A stretch of DNA of 40,311 bases from Lachnospiraceae bacterium (GTDB lineage Bacteria; Bacillota; Clostridia; Lachnospirales; Lachnospiraceae), in the NCBI GenBank assembly GCA_017400965.1, contig JAFPRF010000004.1:1-40311 (forward strand), written 5' to 3'. Each line of letters opens with the position of its first letter. The stretch's first letter is position 1. The position numbers and the translations under genes were made by a program. The notes under the pieces were generated by a model, which saw nothing but the letters and a program-made list of their open reading frames with translations, searched no databases and was not told the DNA's origin. Of the stretch, positions 9,586 through 19,025 are shown one piece after another.

Positions 9586-10992
9586 CTAATGTGCCTTGCG
9601 CTCCGGATGCAGTTCGTAATAACGCTTTTTATCCTCGTACATGCGCTTGTCTGCGATCTTTAGGGCGTTTCGGATGTCCTTTCCGTCCTTCTCCCAGCAA
9701 AAGCCCACGGCGAAGTTGACGTTGTGGTACGCTTCCGACTGCTTTTTGATGCGCTCTACCTGCCATTCCAAAACCTTCGGGTCCGAATCCTCGATCAGTA
9801 CCATGAATTCATCGCCGCCGGCACGGTAGATCTCGTTTCCCATAAAAATGTTTTGCAGAAGGAGCGCCGCGTTTTTGAGGAGCAGGTCTCCAGCGAGATG
9901 TCCCTCCGAGTCGTTGACGATCTTTAAGCCGTTTAAGTCGGCAAAGACGATGCCAATGGGCTTTCCGCCATTCCCTTCCTCGCTCAAGTGATCTACTCGA
10001 TTGTTCATCTCGTTTCGGTTATAAACGCCCGTCAGCATGTCCATGGAGCTTAGGATCTTTAAGCGGTCGAACATCTGATAGCTTGCGATCTCAGAAGCCA
10101 GGAAGAATGTGGTCAGTTCCAAGGTTTCCTTGATGCGGATGGCATTCTCGATCTCAAAATTCGACGCCCAGATGTAACCCATCAACTCTCCCCTGGCCTT
10201 CAAGGGGAAGAGCACCAGGCTCGTTACCTGCGCCTTATGGAGCGATTCGTACCAAACAGGGCTCTTTTCCGCAACGACCTCCATATCCTTCTCATTCTTT
10301 AGGATCAGGCAGTTGCTGCCGCCGATCAGGTCGGACCAGGTGCGCACAATCTCAAAGTGCTCATCGTCTGACCAGTGATTTAGCGGTCTTCTCGAACCTT
10401 CTCCCTCAAAGGAAAAGGCCAGTACGTCACATCTTCTGTTATTAAAATTCACCTGAAGCAAACAGCAGGTCCGCGCCTTACATATCTGGCGCACGTCGCT
10501 GATCACCTCGTGAATGGTATTGTCAAAATCGTCCGTGCCGCGCAACTTAATACAGGTATTCAGCACGTCACTGGCCGTCTCGTAAGAAAACTGCGTCATC
10601 TTCGAGACGTTGACCTCATGGGAGATCTCCTGCGTATAAGTGCAGTACCCGAAATTCTCATCGTCCGACTCTAGCGGCATCATGAACATGTTAAACCAAA
10701 AGTCAAAGCGCTCGGGATGGACGTAGGTGTGGAGCGGCTGCTTCAGGATGGCAGAGCGATAGCAAAAATCCTCAAAGTTTAGGTCTCTGGGCAGATAATC
10801 CAGATAATTACTGTTGGGGATAAATTTGGACGTCTTCATTTCCATCCCACCGATAGGATTCTCGATGGAATTAATATATGCTTTATTACCCGTGACTATC
10901 CGGATCTTTCCATAACCGCCATCTGGCAATTTTTCTACGGAAAGTACACAGGTCATGGGTGCAATGCAATCCACGAATTTCTGATAATCCAT
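9586..10992 (-). CDS. GAF-GGDEF diguanylate cyclase
   Basis: DMLTGVYNRN, FADLNGLKIVND.EGHLAGD and an intact AGGDEF; GAF-like SLVLFPLKARGELMGYIW; start ATG 10992 after GAGG. Confidence 0.92.
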   Translation of the reverse strand: MDYQKFVDCIAPMTCVLSVEKLPDGGYGKIRIVTGNKAYINSIENPIGGMEMKTSKFIPNSNYLDYLPRDLNFEDFCYRSAILKQPLHTYVHPERFDFWFNMFMMPLESDDENFGYCTYTQEISHEVNVSKMTQFSYETASDVLNTCIKLRGTDDFDNTIHEVISDVRQICKARTCCLLQVNFNNRRCDVLAFSFEGEGSRRPLNHWSDDEHFEIVRTWSDLIGGSNCLILKNEKDMEVVAEKSPVWYESLHKAQVTSLVLFPLKARGELMGYIWASNFEIENAIRIKETLELTTFFLASEIASYQMFDRLKILSSMDMLTGVYNRNEMNNRVDHLSEEGNGGKPIGIVFADLNGLKIVNDSEGHLAGDLLLKNAALLLQNIFMGNEIYRAGGDEFMVLIEDSDPKVLEWQVERIKKQSEAYHNVNFAVGFCWEKDGKDIRNALKIADKRMYEDKKRYYELHPERKAH

Positions 10993-11024
10993 AGTATGCC
11001 TCACTTTGCGTTATTGATACTTTT

Positions 11025-11053
11025 ATTTTAGTCCGCGGAGCAAAAAATGGCAA
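11025..11053 (-). promoter_or_regulatory. sigmaA promoter for the diguanylate cyclase
   Basis: TTGCCA-17 nt-TAAAAT. Confidence 0.6.
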
Positions 11054-11060
11054 GTAAAAC

Positions 11061-12458
11061 TTACGTGAACAAATTGTTGCGAAGGCCCTTTGGATAGTGG
11101 TTTTTCATGATTCCGCCGGCGAGCTTGCCCCAGCCGAGGGAAACGCCATCCACGCAGATCAGATGCCACCCCTTACCCCCTTCCGCAGGGAAGGTCTGGC
11201 CGTTTAAGTATACGGCGGGAAGGCGGTCTTTTGTGGTCATGCGATAGCAGTTAAAAACATCGCCTGCGCCAAGCGCCAATGCCAGCGCGTGTGACGGTTC
11301 AAAACGATTCTTTTTGAGCTCTCCGAGATGCAGGCCTGGGCGAAGCACCTTAAGGCCCTTCAGGCTTGGGAATTCCTCCGGCGCCAGATAGAGTTGATCT
11401 CCAAAGCGGTGAAGCCACCCTTCCTGCTTTCCGCCGTATACGGAGACGCCCAGCGGCCTTTTTAAGGTCTCCCGCGCAAACTCGGCCCATTCCTTGCAGT
11501 CCGCCATGCGCAGGGGTTTGATGCAACCGTACAGAGGCTGTGTCCGAATGCCTTCGGGAAGGCTTCCTTCCTTTTGCAACACCGCGAGGAAATGTCCCTC
11601 GCCGCGCACCTTATGCGGGTAGATCCGAAGCTCCCCGTCGAAGGGGATTTCGATGTCATCACTTGCCTTGAACGTTAGGCCCTTTACCAGAGAAAACTCA
11701 GGATGCCTTTCTAAAAAGCGTCCAATGCTCCCTTCGTTCTCCCATTTTGAGAAGGTGCAGGTGGAATAGACAAGTCTTCCGCCGGGACGCAGCATTTTTG
11801 CCGCCTCGTCCAAGATCCCATCCTGGCGCTCACCGCAAAGCGTAACATTCTCCTCGCTCCACTCCGTCAACGCGATCTCGTTTTTCCGGAACATCCCTTC
11901 CCCGGAACAGGGCGCGTCCACCAAAATCTTATCGAAGTATTCCGGGAACGCCTCCGCAAGGCGCTCTGGCGTCTCGTTGGTCACGCAAGCGTTCGACAGG
12001 CCCATGCGCTCCACGTTCTCCGAAAGGATCTTTGCCCGCGAGGGATTGATCTCATTGGCAAATAAAAGTCCCTCGCCTTTAAGCAAAGCGCCTATCTGGG
12101 TGCTCTTGCCACCCGGCGCTGCGCACAGGTCCAAAACGCGGTCCCCCGGCGTTACGTTTAGAAAGCCCACCGGTGCCATGGCGCTGGGCTCCTGAATGTA
12201 ATACAGCCCGGCTTCATGATAGGGGTGCTTTCCAGGGTATGTGGCGGGATCATAGTAATAGCCATCCTGCGCCCAGGGCACTCTTTCCATGTGAAAAAGA
12301 GCGGTTAGGGCCTTCTCCATGCTCTCTCCGCTCTCTGTCTTTTTAATGCGATTCAGGCGCAGCGCCTGATGTCTTTGCTGATCATAGCTTGCAAGGAACT
12401 GCGGGAACTCGTCCCCAAGGTCCTCCTGCATGCGACGTAAAAACGTCTCTGGAAGCAT
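11061..12458 (-). CDS. RsmF/RsmB (NOL1/NOP2) rRNA m5C methyltransferase
   Basis: YYIQEPSAM, VLDLCAAPGGKS, ILVDAPCSGEGMFRK, LVYSTCTF and C-terminal KNHYPKGLR; start ATG 12458 after AGGAGG. Confidence 0.93.
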   Translation of the reverse strand: MLPETFLRRMQEDLGDEFPQFLASYDQQRHQALRLNRIKKTESGESMEKALTALFHMERVPWAQDGYYYDPATYPGKHPYHEAGLYYIQEPSAMAPVGFLNVTPGDRVLDLCAAPGGKSTQIGALLKGEGLLFANEINPSRAKILSENVERMGLSNACVTNETPERLAEAFPEYFDKILVDAPCSGEGMFRKNEIALTEWSEENVTLCGERQDGILDEAAKMLRPGGRLVYSTCTFSKWENEGSIGRFLERHPEFSLVKGLTFKASDDIEIPFDGELRIYPHKVRGEGHFLAVLQKEGSLPEGIRTQPLYGCIKPLRMADCKEWAEFARETLKRPLGVSVYGGKQEGWLHRFGDQLYLAPEEFPSLKGLKVLRPGLHLGELKKNRFEPSHALALALGAGDVFNCYRMTTKDRLPAVYLNGQTFPAEGGKGWHLICVDGVSLGWGKLAGGIMKNHYPKGLRNNLFT

Positions 12459-12487
12459 AGGCTCCCTCCTTTGATCCTTTTCCAATC

Positions 12488-12892
12488 TTATAAAACCGTA
12501 TAACCCTTGGTCTTCAGGCAAGCCTTCACCTCGCCGGTGTCAAGGCAGTGGAACACCATGATGGGCTTTCCGGATTCTCTGTTAAAGGACAGGTACAGAT
12601 AGTCCACGCTGATGTTGCTCGCCTCAAGGTCCTTAAGGAGGTGATTTAAGTTACCAACCTCATCCGCTACCTCTACGCCGATCACGTCGGTCAGGCGGCA
12701 AAGAAAGCCTGCTGCCGTCAGCGCGTCATGCGCCTTCTGCGCGTCGGAAACCACCATGCGGATGATGCCGTACTCTGCACTGTCGTTCGTTACGGAGCCC
12801 AAGATGTTAATGTCGTTTTCCAAAAGGATCCCCGTGATCTTCTGCATGGTTCCCTTTTTATTTTCTGCGTAAATCGATACCTGCTTTAACAT
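12488..12892 (-). CDS. tandem ACT-domain protein
   Basis: MLKQVSIYAENKKG...INI...DSAEYGIIRMVVSD...VIGVEVADEVGNL...ISVDYLY, the double-ACT pattern. Confidence 0.85.
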   Translation of the reverse strand: MLKQVSIYAENKKGTMQKITGILLENDINILGSVTNDSAEYGIIRMVVSDAQKAHDALTAAGFLCRLTDVIGVEVADEVGNLNHLLKDLEASNISVDYLYLSFNRESGKPIMVFHCLDTGEVKACLKTKGYTVL

Positions 12893-12930
12893 AATTCCTT
12901 CATTCCTTCCTACACGTCGATGTCTACACC

Positions 12931-12959
12931 ATTCTATACGCATCTTCCTAAGAAGTCAA
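12931..12959 (-). promoter_or_regulatory. sigmaA promoter for ACT-methyltransferase
   Basis: TTGACT-17 nt-TAGAAT. Confidence 0.75.
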
Positions 12960-12988
12960 TCCCCGTATTTCGGGCATTTTTCTCGCCA

Positions 12989-13681
12989 TTAGATCTTAAA
13001 GCGGTAGCCGACGCCCCAGATGGTCTCAATGTACTGCGGCTTCGCGGAATCCTTCTCGATCTTCTCGCGGATCTTCTTGATGTGTACGGTAACGGTCGCG
13101 ATATCGCCGACGGGGCCCATGTCCCAGATCTCCTGGAAGAGCTCTTCCTTCGTGAACACGTGGTTCGGATTCTCCGCAAGGAAAGTCAACAGGTCGAACT
13201 CCTTGGTCGTAAAGGTCTTCTCCTCGCCGTCCACGTAAACGCGGCGCGCCGTCTTGTCGATGCGAATGCCGCGGATCTCCACGATGTCGTTCTGCGGTTT
13301 TTGATTGGTGCCGACGAGCCTTTCGTATCTCGCAAGGTGCGCCTTCACGCGCGCCACCAGCTCGCTGGGCGAGAAGGGCTTCGTCATGTAATCGTCCGCG
13401 CCAAGGCCAAGGCCCCGGATCTTATCGATGTCATCCTTTCTGGCCGACACCATGAGGATGGGGATGTCCTTTTCCTTACGGATCTGCTTGCAGACCTCAA
13501 ACCCGTCCATGCCAGGCATCATCAGGTCCAAAATGATCAGGTCATAATTCCCCTCCAATGCCGCCTTTAAGCCCTTGTCTCCAGTGTTGCAGATATCCAC
13601 CTGAAACTCCGAAAGCTCCAGATAATCCTTCTCGAGGTCCGCAATGGCTTCCTCGTCTTCCACGATCAAAATCTTACTCAT
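12989..13681 (-). CDS. OmpR/PhoB family response regulator
   Basis: ILIVEDE, LIILDLMMPGMDG, GADDYMTKPF, winged-helix TVTVHIKKIREKIE...IETIWGVGY. Confidence 0.96.
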   Translation of the reverse strand: MSKILIVEDEEAIADLEKDYLELSEFQVDICNTGDKGLKAALEGNYDLIILDLMMPGMDGFEVCKQIRKEKDIPILMVSARKDDIDKIRGLGLGADDYMTKPFSPSELVARVKAHLARYERLVGTNQKPQNDIVEIRGIRIDKTARRVYVDGEEKTFTTKEFDLLTFLAENPNHVFTKEELFQEIWDMGPVGDIATVTVHIKKIREKIEKDSAKPQYIETIWGVGYRFKI

Positions 13682-13710
13682 AGCTCCTCCGTTCCGCCGC
13701 TACTACGGCT

Positions 13711-15183
13711 TTATGACAATTCAATGTATTTTCTAAGGACAAAGTGCATGCAGGTGCCCTCCCCTTCCTTGGAGGTTGCCCAAATGTACCCGCCGTGATC
13801 CTCGATGATCTTCTTCACGATGGAAAGGCCAATACCGCTGCCGCCCTGGGCGGAGTTGCGGGACGCATCCGTCCGATAGAACCGCTCGAAAACCCTGGTC
13901 AGGTCCTTCTGTGCGATGCCCTTTCCGTTGTCCTCGATCTCCACCTGAATGGAATCGTCGCGATCGAGAATGCGGATGTCGATCCGTCCGTTCGCCTTGT
14001 CCATGTATTTTACGCTGTTGCCGATGATATTGTTGATGACCTTCTTCATCTGCTCCGCGTCCGCGATGACCCTCGTCTGGGGGTCCACCATGTTCGTGTA
14101 GTTGAGCTTGATGTTGCGCGACTCCAAGTCAAGTCCCACCTCTTCCACGCAGTCGCCGAAGTAATCCGCCACGTTGATCCGCTGGAAGTTGTACTGGATG
14201 CGGTGATTGTCAATGCTCGAGTAGGTAGTCAGCTCGTTGATCAGCTTATCCATGTCGTTCGCCTTGTTGTAGACGGTGCGGATGTATTTGTCCATCTTCT
14301 CGGGCGTGTCCGCCACGCCGTCCATGATGCCCTCCACGTAACCCTTGATGGCCGTGATGGGGGTCTTTAGGTCGTGAGAGATGTTGCTGATCAGCTCGCG
14401 GTTATGCTTTTCGTTGTCTGCCTTCTCCTCCGCAGACTCCTTTAAGCGAAGCCGCATGTCCTCGTAGTTGCGGTAGAGGTCGCCGATCTCGCCCTCCGCC
14501 GAGGTCTCCAGAGAATAATCGAAGTTCCCGTCCTTGATCTTTTGCATCGCGACGTTGAGCTCCGTGATTGGGGTGAACACGCCTTTGTGGATCCAGTTTG
14601 TCAGCATCATGCTGGTAAACAGAAGGATCAGGACGATGGCGATGAACATGTACGCGACGAGCTTTCTGGAGATCAGCGCGTGCATTCTCGCTACGACAAA
14701 TACGGTACCGCTCTCCCCGTCCGGGAATTCGAAGTCGATCTGCTTTACGTACTTTTCAAGATCGTTGAAATAGATCCCGCCATCCTCATCGTGCAAGTCG
14801 CTTCCGTACTGTGGAAGTCTTGGATACAGCGCCTCCGCCGCCTGAGGGTTCCCCGTATAGTAAAGCTGCGTGCCCTTGCGCACCATAATGTAAGCACCGC
14901 GGCGTGAAAACTCCCGATTCGTTTTTTCGAGGAACTCGCGATTTTCAAAGACCGCCGAGTCCCTGGACGCCTGCGCGGAGAGCATGTCGTACATCTGGTC
15001 CGCCTCGCCGACGAAATCCTTTAGGTTGTCGCTCATCATGGTATAATCGAGCTCGCGAAGGCCGTACCCCTTTTGCACGTTGACCAGGTACACGCCGATC
15101 ATCATGAAGGCAAGCACCGTTAAAAGCAGGGGCAGCAAAATGATGCTGATAAAAGTCACCTGTAATCTTGTTTTGAATTTCAT
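13711..15183 (-). CDS. HAMP-domain sensor histidine kinase
   Basis: Two TM segments, HAMP, H-box ISHDLKTPIT, N-box NIIGNSVKY, DNGKGI, FERFYR, GGSGIGLSI; start at MKFKTRL is uncertain. Confidence 0.94.
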   Translation of the reverse strand: MKFKTRLQVTFISIILLPLLLTVLAFMMIGVYLVNVQKGYGLRELDYTMMSDNLKDFVGEADQMYDMLSAQASRDSAVFENREFLEKTNREFSRRGAYIMVRKGTQLYYTGNPQAAEALYPRLPQYGSDLHDEDGGIYFNDLEKYVKQIDFEFPDGESGTVFVVARMHALISRKLVAYMFIAIVLILLFTSMMLTNWIHKGVFTPITELNVAMQKIKDGNFDYSLETSAEGEIGDLYRNYEDMRLRLKESAEEKADNEKHNRELISNISHDLKTPITAIKGYVEGIMDGVADTPEKMDKYIRTVYNKANDMDKLINELTTYSSIDNHRIQYNFQRINVADYFGDCVEEVGLDLESRNIKLNYTNMVDPQTRVIADAEQMKKVINNIIGNSVKYMDKANGRIDIRILDRDDSIQVEIEDNGKGIAQKDLTRVFERFYRTDASRNSAQGGSGIGLSIVKKIIEDHGGYIWATSKEGEGTCMHFVLRKYIELS

Positions 15184-15320
15184 GTTGGAAAACCAGTCCC
15201 TTCCATCATCAGGTTTCTCTACAACTACCATCATATCACGTTCTGTGCGGAAAAGTCATAAAATAATCCTATATAACCGTTAAAAATTTCTAAACTCAGG
15301 TGCCTGCAGGCGCGGGTGCA

Positions 15321-15349
15321 TTGACGAAGCATGCGGCGCATGGTAGAAT
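15321..15349 (+). promoter_or_regulatory. sigmaA promoter for the SGNH esterase
   Basis: TTGACG-17 nt-TAGAAT with a TG-N extension. Confidence 0.7.
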
Positions 15350-15393
15350 GAAAGCAATCATCAAGATCAAAAAAACGCGAAAAGGAGCGGCTT

Positions 15394-16461
15394 ATGAAGA
15401 TCATTTGTAATGAAAACAGCGTAAAGTATCTCGGACGGACCATTTTAAAGGGCGACGATTTATTCTTAAGTCTCTCCGGCTCCGGCATCGCCTTTGTCTA
15501 TGAAGGTAAGGGGCTAGATCTGACGCTCCTTGGCGGCGGTGCGGCGCTCGTTCCCGATAATGACGGAAATTACGCGCGCATGGCCGTTTACGTGGACGAT
15601 GCGCGCGTTTACGACTTACAGCTTCAGGCACCAAAGACTACGCTTCGCGTTGCGGAAAGCGCTGAGAAAGAAACCCACGTGATCCGCGTGGTAAAGCTCT
15701 CGGAATGCGCCATGTCCCTCGCGGCGATCGCACCCCTCGAGATCGCAGAGGGCGAAACGATAAAGCCCGCTCCCGCAAAGGCACGTAAGATCGAGTTCAT
15801 CGGCGACTCCATCACCTGTGGCTACGGCATCGACGACGAGGATCCCCTCCATCCGTTTAAGACCGCGAATGAGGACGTCACCAGAGCCTATGCGTATAAG
15901 ACCGCCATGGCACTTGACGCCGATTACAGCATGTTCTCCACCAGCGGTTACGGCATCATCTCCGGCTACACGGGTGACCCGACCGTGAAGATGACCAATC
16001 AGCTGATCCCCGATTTTTACGAGTGGATGGGTTTTAGCTATGACAACATGCCCGGCTTTGCCGCACCCATGGAAATGGCCTGGGACTTTTCGAGGTTCGT
16101 TCCTGATGCAATCGTCCTAAACCTTGGCACCAACGACGACAGCTACTGTCAGGAGGATGAAAACCGCCAGCAGGAGTACGCTGACCAGTACGTGGCCTTC
16201 CTGAAAGTGATCCGTAAGCATAATCCCGGCGCCATGATCTTCTGCGTGTTGGGTCTCATGGGCGACAGGCTGTACCCTTGGGTATGCAAGGCGGCGAAGA
16301 AGTATTCCGAAGAGACTGGCGATCAGCGCATCACGACCGTGCATCTCCCAGAGCAGGACGAGAAGGCTGGCTTTGTCTGCGATTATCATCCCCTCGAGTC
16401 CGCGCACCAAAAGGCGGCGGACGAGCTCGTACCCGCGATCCGAAAGGTCATGGGCTGGTGA
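15394..16461 (+). CDS. SGNH/GDSL hydrolase, carbohydrate esterase family 2-like (acetyl esterase)
   Basis: N-terminal beta-domain (VKYLGRT...VVKLSE), IEFIGDSITCGYG, LNLGTND, DYHP; no signal peptide. Confidence 0.87.
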   Translation: MKIICNENSVKYLGRTILKGDDLFLSLSGSGIAFVYEGKGLDLTLLGGGAALVPDNDGNYARMAVYVDDARVYDLQLQAPKTTLRVAESAEKETHVIRVVKLSECAMSLAAIAPLEIAEGETIKPAPAKARKIEFIGDSITCGYGIDDEDPLHPFKTANEDVTRAYAYKTAMALDADYSMFSTSGYGIISGYTGDPTVKMTNQLIPDFYEWMGFSYDNMPGFAAPMEMAWDFSRFVPDAIVLNLGTNDDSYCQEDENRQQEYADQYVAFLKVIRKHNPGAMIFCVLGLMGDRLYPWVCKAAKKYSEETGDQRITTVHLPEQDEKAGFVCDYHPLESAHQKAADELVPAIRKVMGW

Positions 16462-16473
16462 TTTTTGAAAATG

Positions 16474-16510
16474 AAAAGGATCTGCCGTAACCTTAGGCGG
16501 ATCCTTTTTT
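16474..16510. terminator. bidirectional rho-independent terminator between convergent genes
   Basis: AAAA-GGATCTGCC-loop-GGCGGATCC-TTTTTT. Confidence 0.8.
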
Positions 16511-16533
16511 GATGCTTTTGTGATTCGATTGTT

Positions 16534-16794
16534 TTAGCCGTGCAGGCCGCGAGACTGACGATCCATGTCCTCTACCACGATGTCATAGATCTCTCCAAGG
16601 CTTCTGCCATATTCCAAGATCTTCCAAGGCTCATTGGTATGAAAATGAATCTTGATCAGTTCATCGTCGCCAACCGCCAAAAGGCAATCGCCCTTGAAAT
16701 GCTCGGTAATGTAATCCGTGATCTCATCCTCGTCGAGGCCAGTTCCCTCGATCAGAAGCTGCGTATCATAGCGAAACTCCAAAGATTCTTCCAT
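16534..16794 (-). CDS. small protein resembling the middle domain of DAK2/FakA (often annotated 'kinase to dihydroxyacetone kinase')
   Basis: FRYDTQLLI...GDCLLAVGDDELIKIHFHTNEPW...GEIYDIVVEDM matches the FakA central GDS-x-KxHxHT pattern; AAGGAG RBS before ATG 16794. Confidence 0.8.
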   Translation of the reverse strand: MEESLEFRYDTQLLIEGTGLDEDEITDYITEHFKGDCLLAVGDDELIKIHFHTNEPWKILEYGRSLGEIYDIVVEDMDRQSRGLHG

Positions 16795-16864
16795 CTGCTT
16801 GTCTCCTTTTTCAAAAGCTCGATTTGCCCTTTGAAAGCGCGCTTTCAACCTGGCATCCTGCAAC

Positions 16865-16894
16865 ATTATAACCGAAACCAATGGCCTATGTAAA
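16865..16894 (-). promoter_or_regulatory. sigmaA promoter for the small DAK2-related gene
   Basis: TTTACA-18 nt-TATAAT. Confidence 0.55.
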
Positions 16895-16931
16895 GGAAAA
16901 AAGCTAGGCGTACGTGAAAAAAACTCCTCAA

Positions 16932-18125
16932 TTACCGGAAAAACAGCGTTACGTTACCAATCTGCAGCTCATCGCCCAGCTCGAGCTTTTTCGATTCGTA
17001 AGGTTGCAGTCTTGCATGATTTAGGCTGGTCCCATTCGTACTGTTTAGGTCTTCGAGAAAAAAACCATCCTTGTCATGCACGAGGCGCGCGTGCATGCGC
17101 GAGACGGACTCATCAGACAGATACAGATCCACTTTCTCCTTAAATTTACCGATCAGGAGATTCCCCGTACCCAGGTCGCAGGCCTTGCGTCCGTCCGCGT
17201 AGTACAAGTGCTTTGCCCCCTCCTTTTTCTCCGGCTTTTGGGTTAGGAAGGTCGTTCGGCCATATTCCTCCTCGGCATAGTCCGTTTCCTCTGCCACGCA
17301 ATACCCGTCAAGCAGCTGTTTCATGCTCTCCTGGTACTCTTCCCGCTGCTCCGCGTCCTTGGTCTTTTTATTCTTCTTATTCTCAAAGAGTCCAAAGATA
17401 CGCCGCTGCGGCGTACTAGTCGTCTCGATTTCCGTTGGTTTCACGGTTTCTACCGACTTTACGGGGCGCTGCGGCAGGGCAGGCAGGTCTTTCTTTACCT
17501 GCGGCGCGCTCTCCCAGGTTGGTACTTCCTCAATGCTGCGAAACTCGGCGGCAGTACCTGCATCCTTCTTCTCCGCTTTCTTTTCCAAAACCGCTGCATC
17601 CTTAAAGATCTGCTCCTGCAGGTAACTGGTCCCGTTTTTCTCTACCTGTTCGTACATCTTGTAGACGCATTCCACAAGCTCGGAATCGTCATAATCGATC
17701 TTCTCGACGAGGAATGCAAGCAGATCCAAAAATTGGTTTTCCCCTTCATAGTATGGCACGTACATGAAGGAAAATACGGGGTCCTCAAGGTCTTCGAACA
17801 CGTGGCGCGGGTCCCAAATGACATTCTCTTCGCGCAGCAAAAAGCGCTCAAGCTCTTGCTGGAGCTTACGAAGGCCGCTGATAAAGCCAAGGAGCCATTC
17901 GCGAGTGACGTGACCGCGCTGATGGAGCTGGAGAAGGCTTTGCTTGGAGGTAATGTCGTAGTACAAATACGCCCCGCCGTCCAAATACCGAAGGCTACAG
18001 GGCAAAAGACCCCGAATGCCTCCTCTGCAGGTGATGCAGTACTGGTATTTTTTCTCTTCCGGCTTCTCCGAAAGCAGGACCCTAACATAGTTGCTGTGCA
18101 AGTTTCTTACGTATTCCGTATTCAT
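16932..18125 (-). CDS. Tad-associated DUF6382-like/FHA domain protein
   Basis: N-terminal IRGLLPC...YLYYDITSKQSL...ERFLL region; C-terminal FHA LIGK...VSRMHA...EDLNSTNGT; AAGGAG RBS before ATG 18125. Confidence 0.82.
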   Translation of the reverse strand: MNTEYVRNLHSNYVRVLLSEKPEEKKYQYCITCRGGIRGLLPCSLRYLDGGAYLYYDITSKQSLLQLHQRGHVTREWLLGFISGLRKLQQELERFLLREENVIWDPRHVFEDLEDPVFSFMYVPYYEGENQFLDLLAFLVEKIDYDDSELVECVYKMYEQVEKNGTSYLQEQIFKDAAVLEKKAEKKDAGTAAEFRSIEEVPTWESAPQVKKDLPALPQRPVKSVETVKPTEIETTSTPQRRIFGLFENKKNKKTKDAEQREEYQESMKQLLDGYCVAEETDYAEEEYGRTTFLTQKPEKKEGAKHLYYADGRKACDLGTGNLLIGKFKEKVDLYLSDESVSRMHARLVHDKDGFFLEDLNSTNGTSLNHARLQPYESKKLELGDELQIGNVTLFFR

Positions 18126-18142
18126 GATTCTCCTTTTGTCTC

Positions 18143-18577
18143 TCAGTTCCCTTCCGAGAGGCTTACCTTTCTGCATAATCGTAAAAACGTGGCTGGATGG
18201 ATCTGCCGAGCGCTGCTAGAGACTTTCGCTTTCCAGATGCGGTCTCCCAAAAGGAGCTGCCCCGTTCGTTTGAGCTCCAGCTTGTCATGCGTTAAGGACA
18301 GGTTGATCTCTCCCTTATCCCACGCGTAATATTTCTCCGCAATATAGGTCTTTTGCGTCGATAAGATTTGCGTTTTTAGCTCCTCCGCGGTTTTCTCGCC
18401 GCTGGCCGCCGCCCGGATCGTCAGGATGGCAACGTCCTGCTCCATCAGGCACCGGTTATAGTAAAAAAGCAGAAAACATAAAACAAAAATGATCGTCCCG
18501 ATCACGATCGGCAAGACAAGCGATGCCTCCACCGTAAAATACGCGCCGACGCTTCCCTTTTTTCTTTTCATCCTCAT
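18143..18577 (-). CDS. TadE-like minor pilin
   Basis: Class III signal KKGSVGA|YFTVEASLVLP followed by a hydrophobic helix. Confidence 0.82.
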   Translation of the reverse strand: MRMKRKKGSVGAYFTVEASLVLPIVIGTIIFVLCFLLFYYNRCLMEQDVAILTIRAAASGEKTAEELKTQILSTQKTYIAEKYYAWDKGEINLSLTHDKLELKRTGQLLLGDRIWKAKVSSSARQIHPATFLRLCRKVSLSEGN

Positions 18578-18586
18578 CCCTCCATC

Positions 18587-19009
18587 TTAACTGCAAAGCG
18601 ACACCAGACACCCCAGCCAAAGAAACGGCAGATAGGGGAGCCGCAGGTCCTTGTTTTTCTTATTCTTTAGCAGGATCACCGTTGCAAAGGCGCCCATGAC
18701 CACCATGCTCACGCCAAAAGCAATGACGGCCCGCTCCATAAGGAGTAGAAGACTTACTTGCAGCAAGACGATTCCGTCCCCGCAGCCGGCGCTCCCCGTC
18801 ATTCCCGCGATCGCTAGTAAGATCACGCCCGGAACCGCGCCAAATAATAGCTCTTCCCAATGCACCGTGCCCTGCCAAAGAAGCCACCCGGCCAGCGCTG
18901 CTGCCAAAATGCTCCCTAGGAGCAGAAGCCAGGCAGAAATCGCTCTTCGCCTTGCGTCCATCAGGGACAGCACGGCCAGATAGATCATGGTTCCAACGGA
19001 TACCAGCAT
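18587..19009 (-). CDS. A24-family prepilin peptidase-like protein (second copy)
   Basis: Polytopic; SLMDARRRAIS, GCGDG and LPYLPFL motifs. Confidence 0.75.
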   Translation of the reverse strand: MLVSVGTMIYLAVLSLMDARRRAISAWLLLLGSILAAALAGWLLWQGTVHWEELLFGAVPGVILLAIAGMTGSAGCGDGIVLLQVSLLLLMERAVIAFGVSMVVMGAFATVILLKNKKNKDLRLPYLPFLWLGCLVSLCS

Positions 19010-19025
19010 TGTCTTTTCCTCCCTC

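Noticed and set aside
16832-16847. Canonical CcpA cre site
   Set aside because: Two extra central bases relative to the 14-bp TGWAARCGYTWNCA consensus; kept only as an unassigned palindrome.
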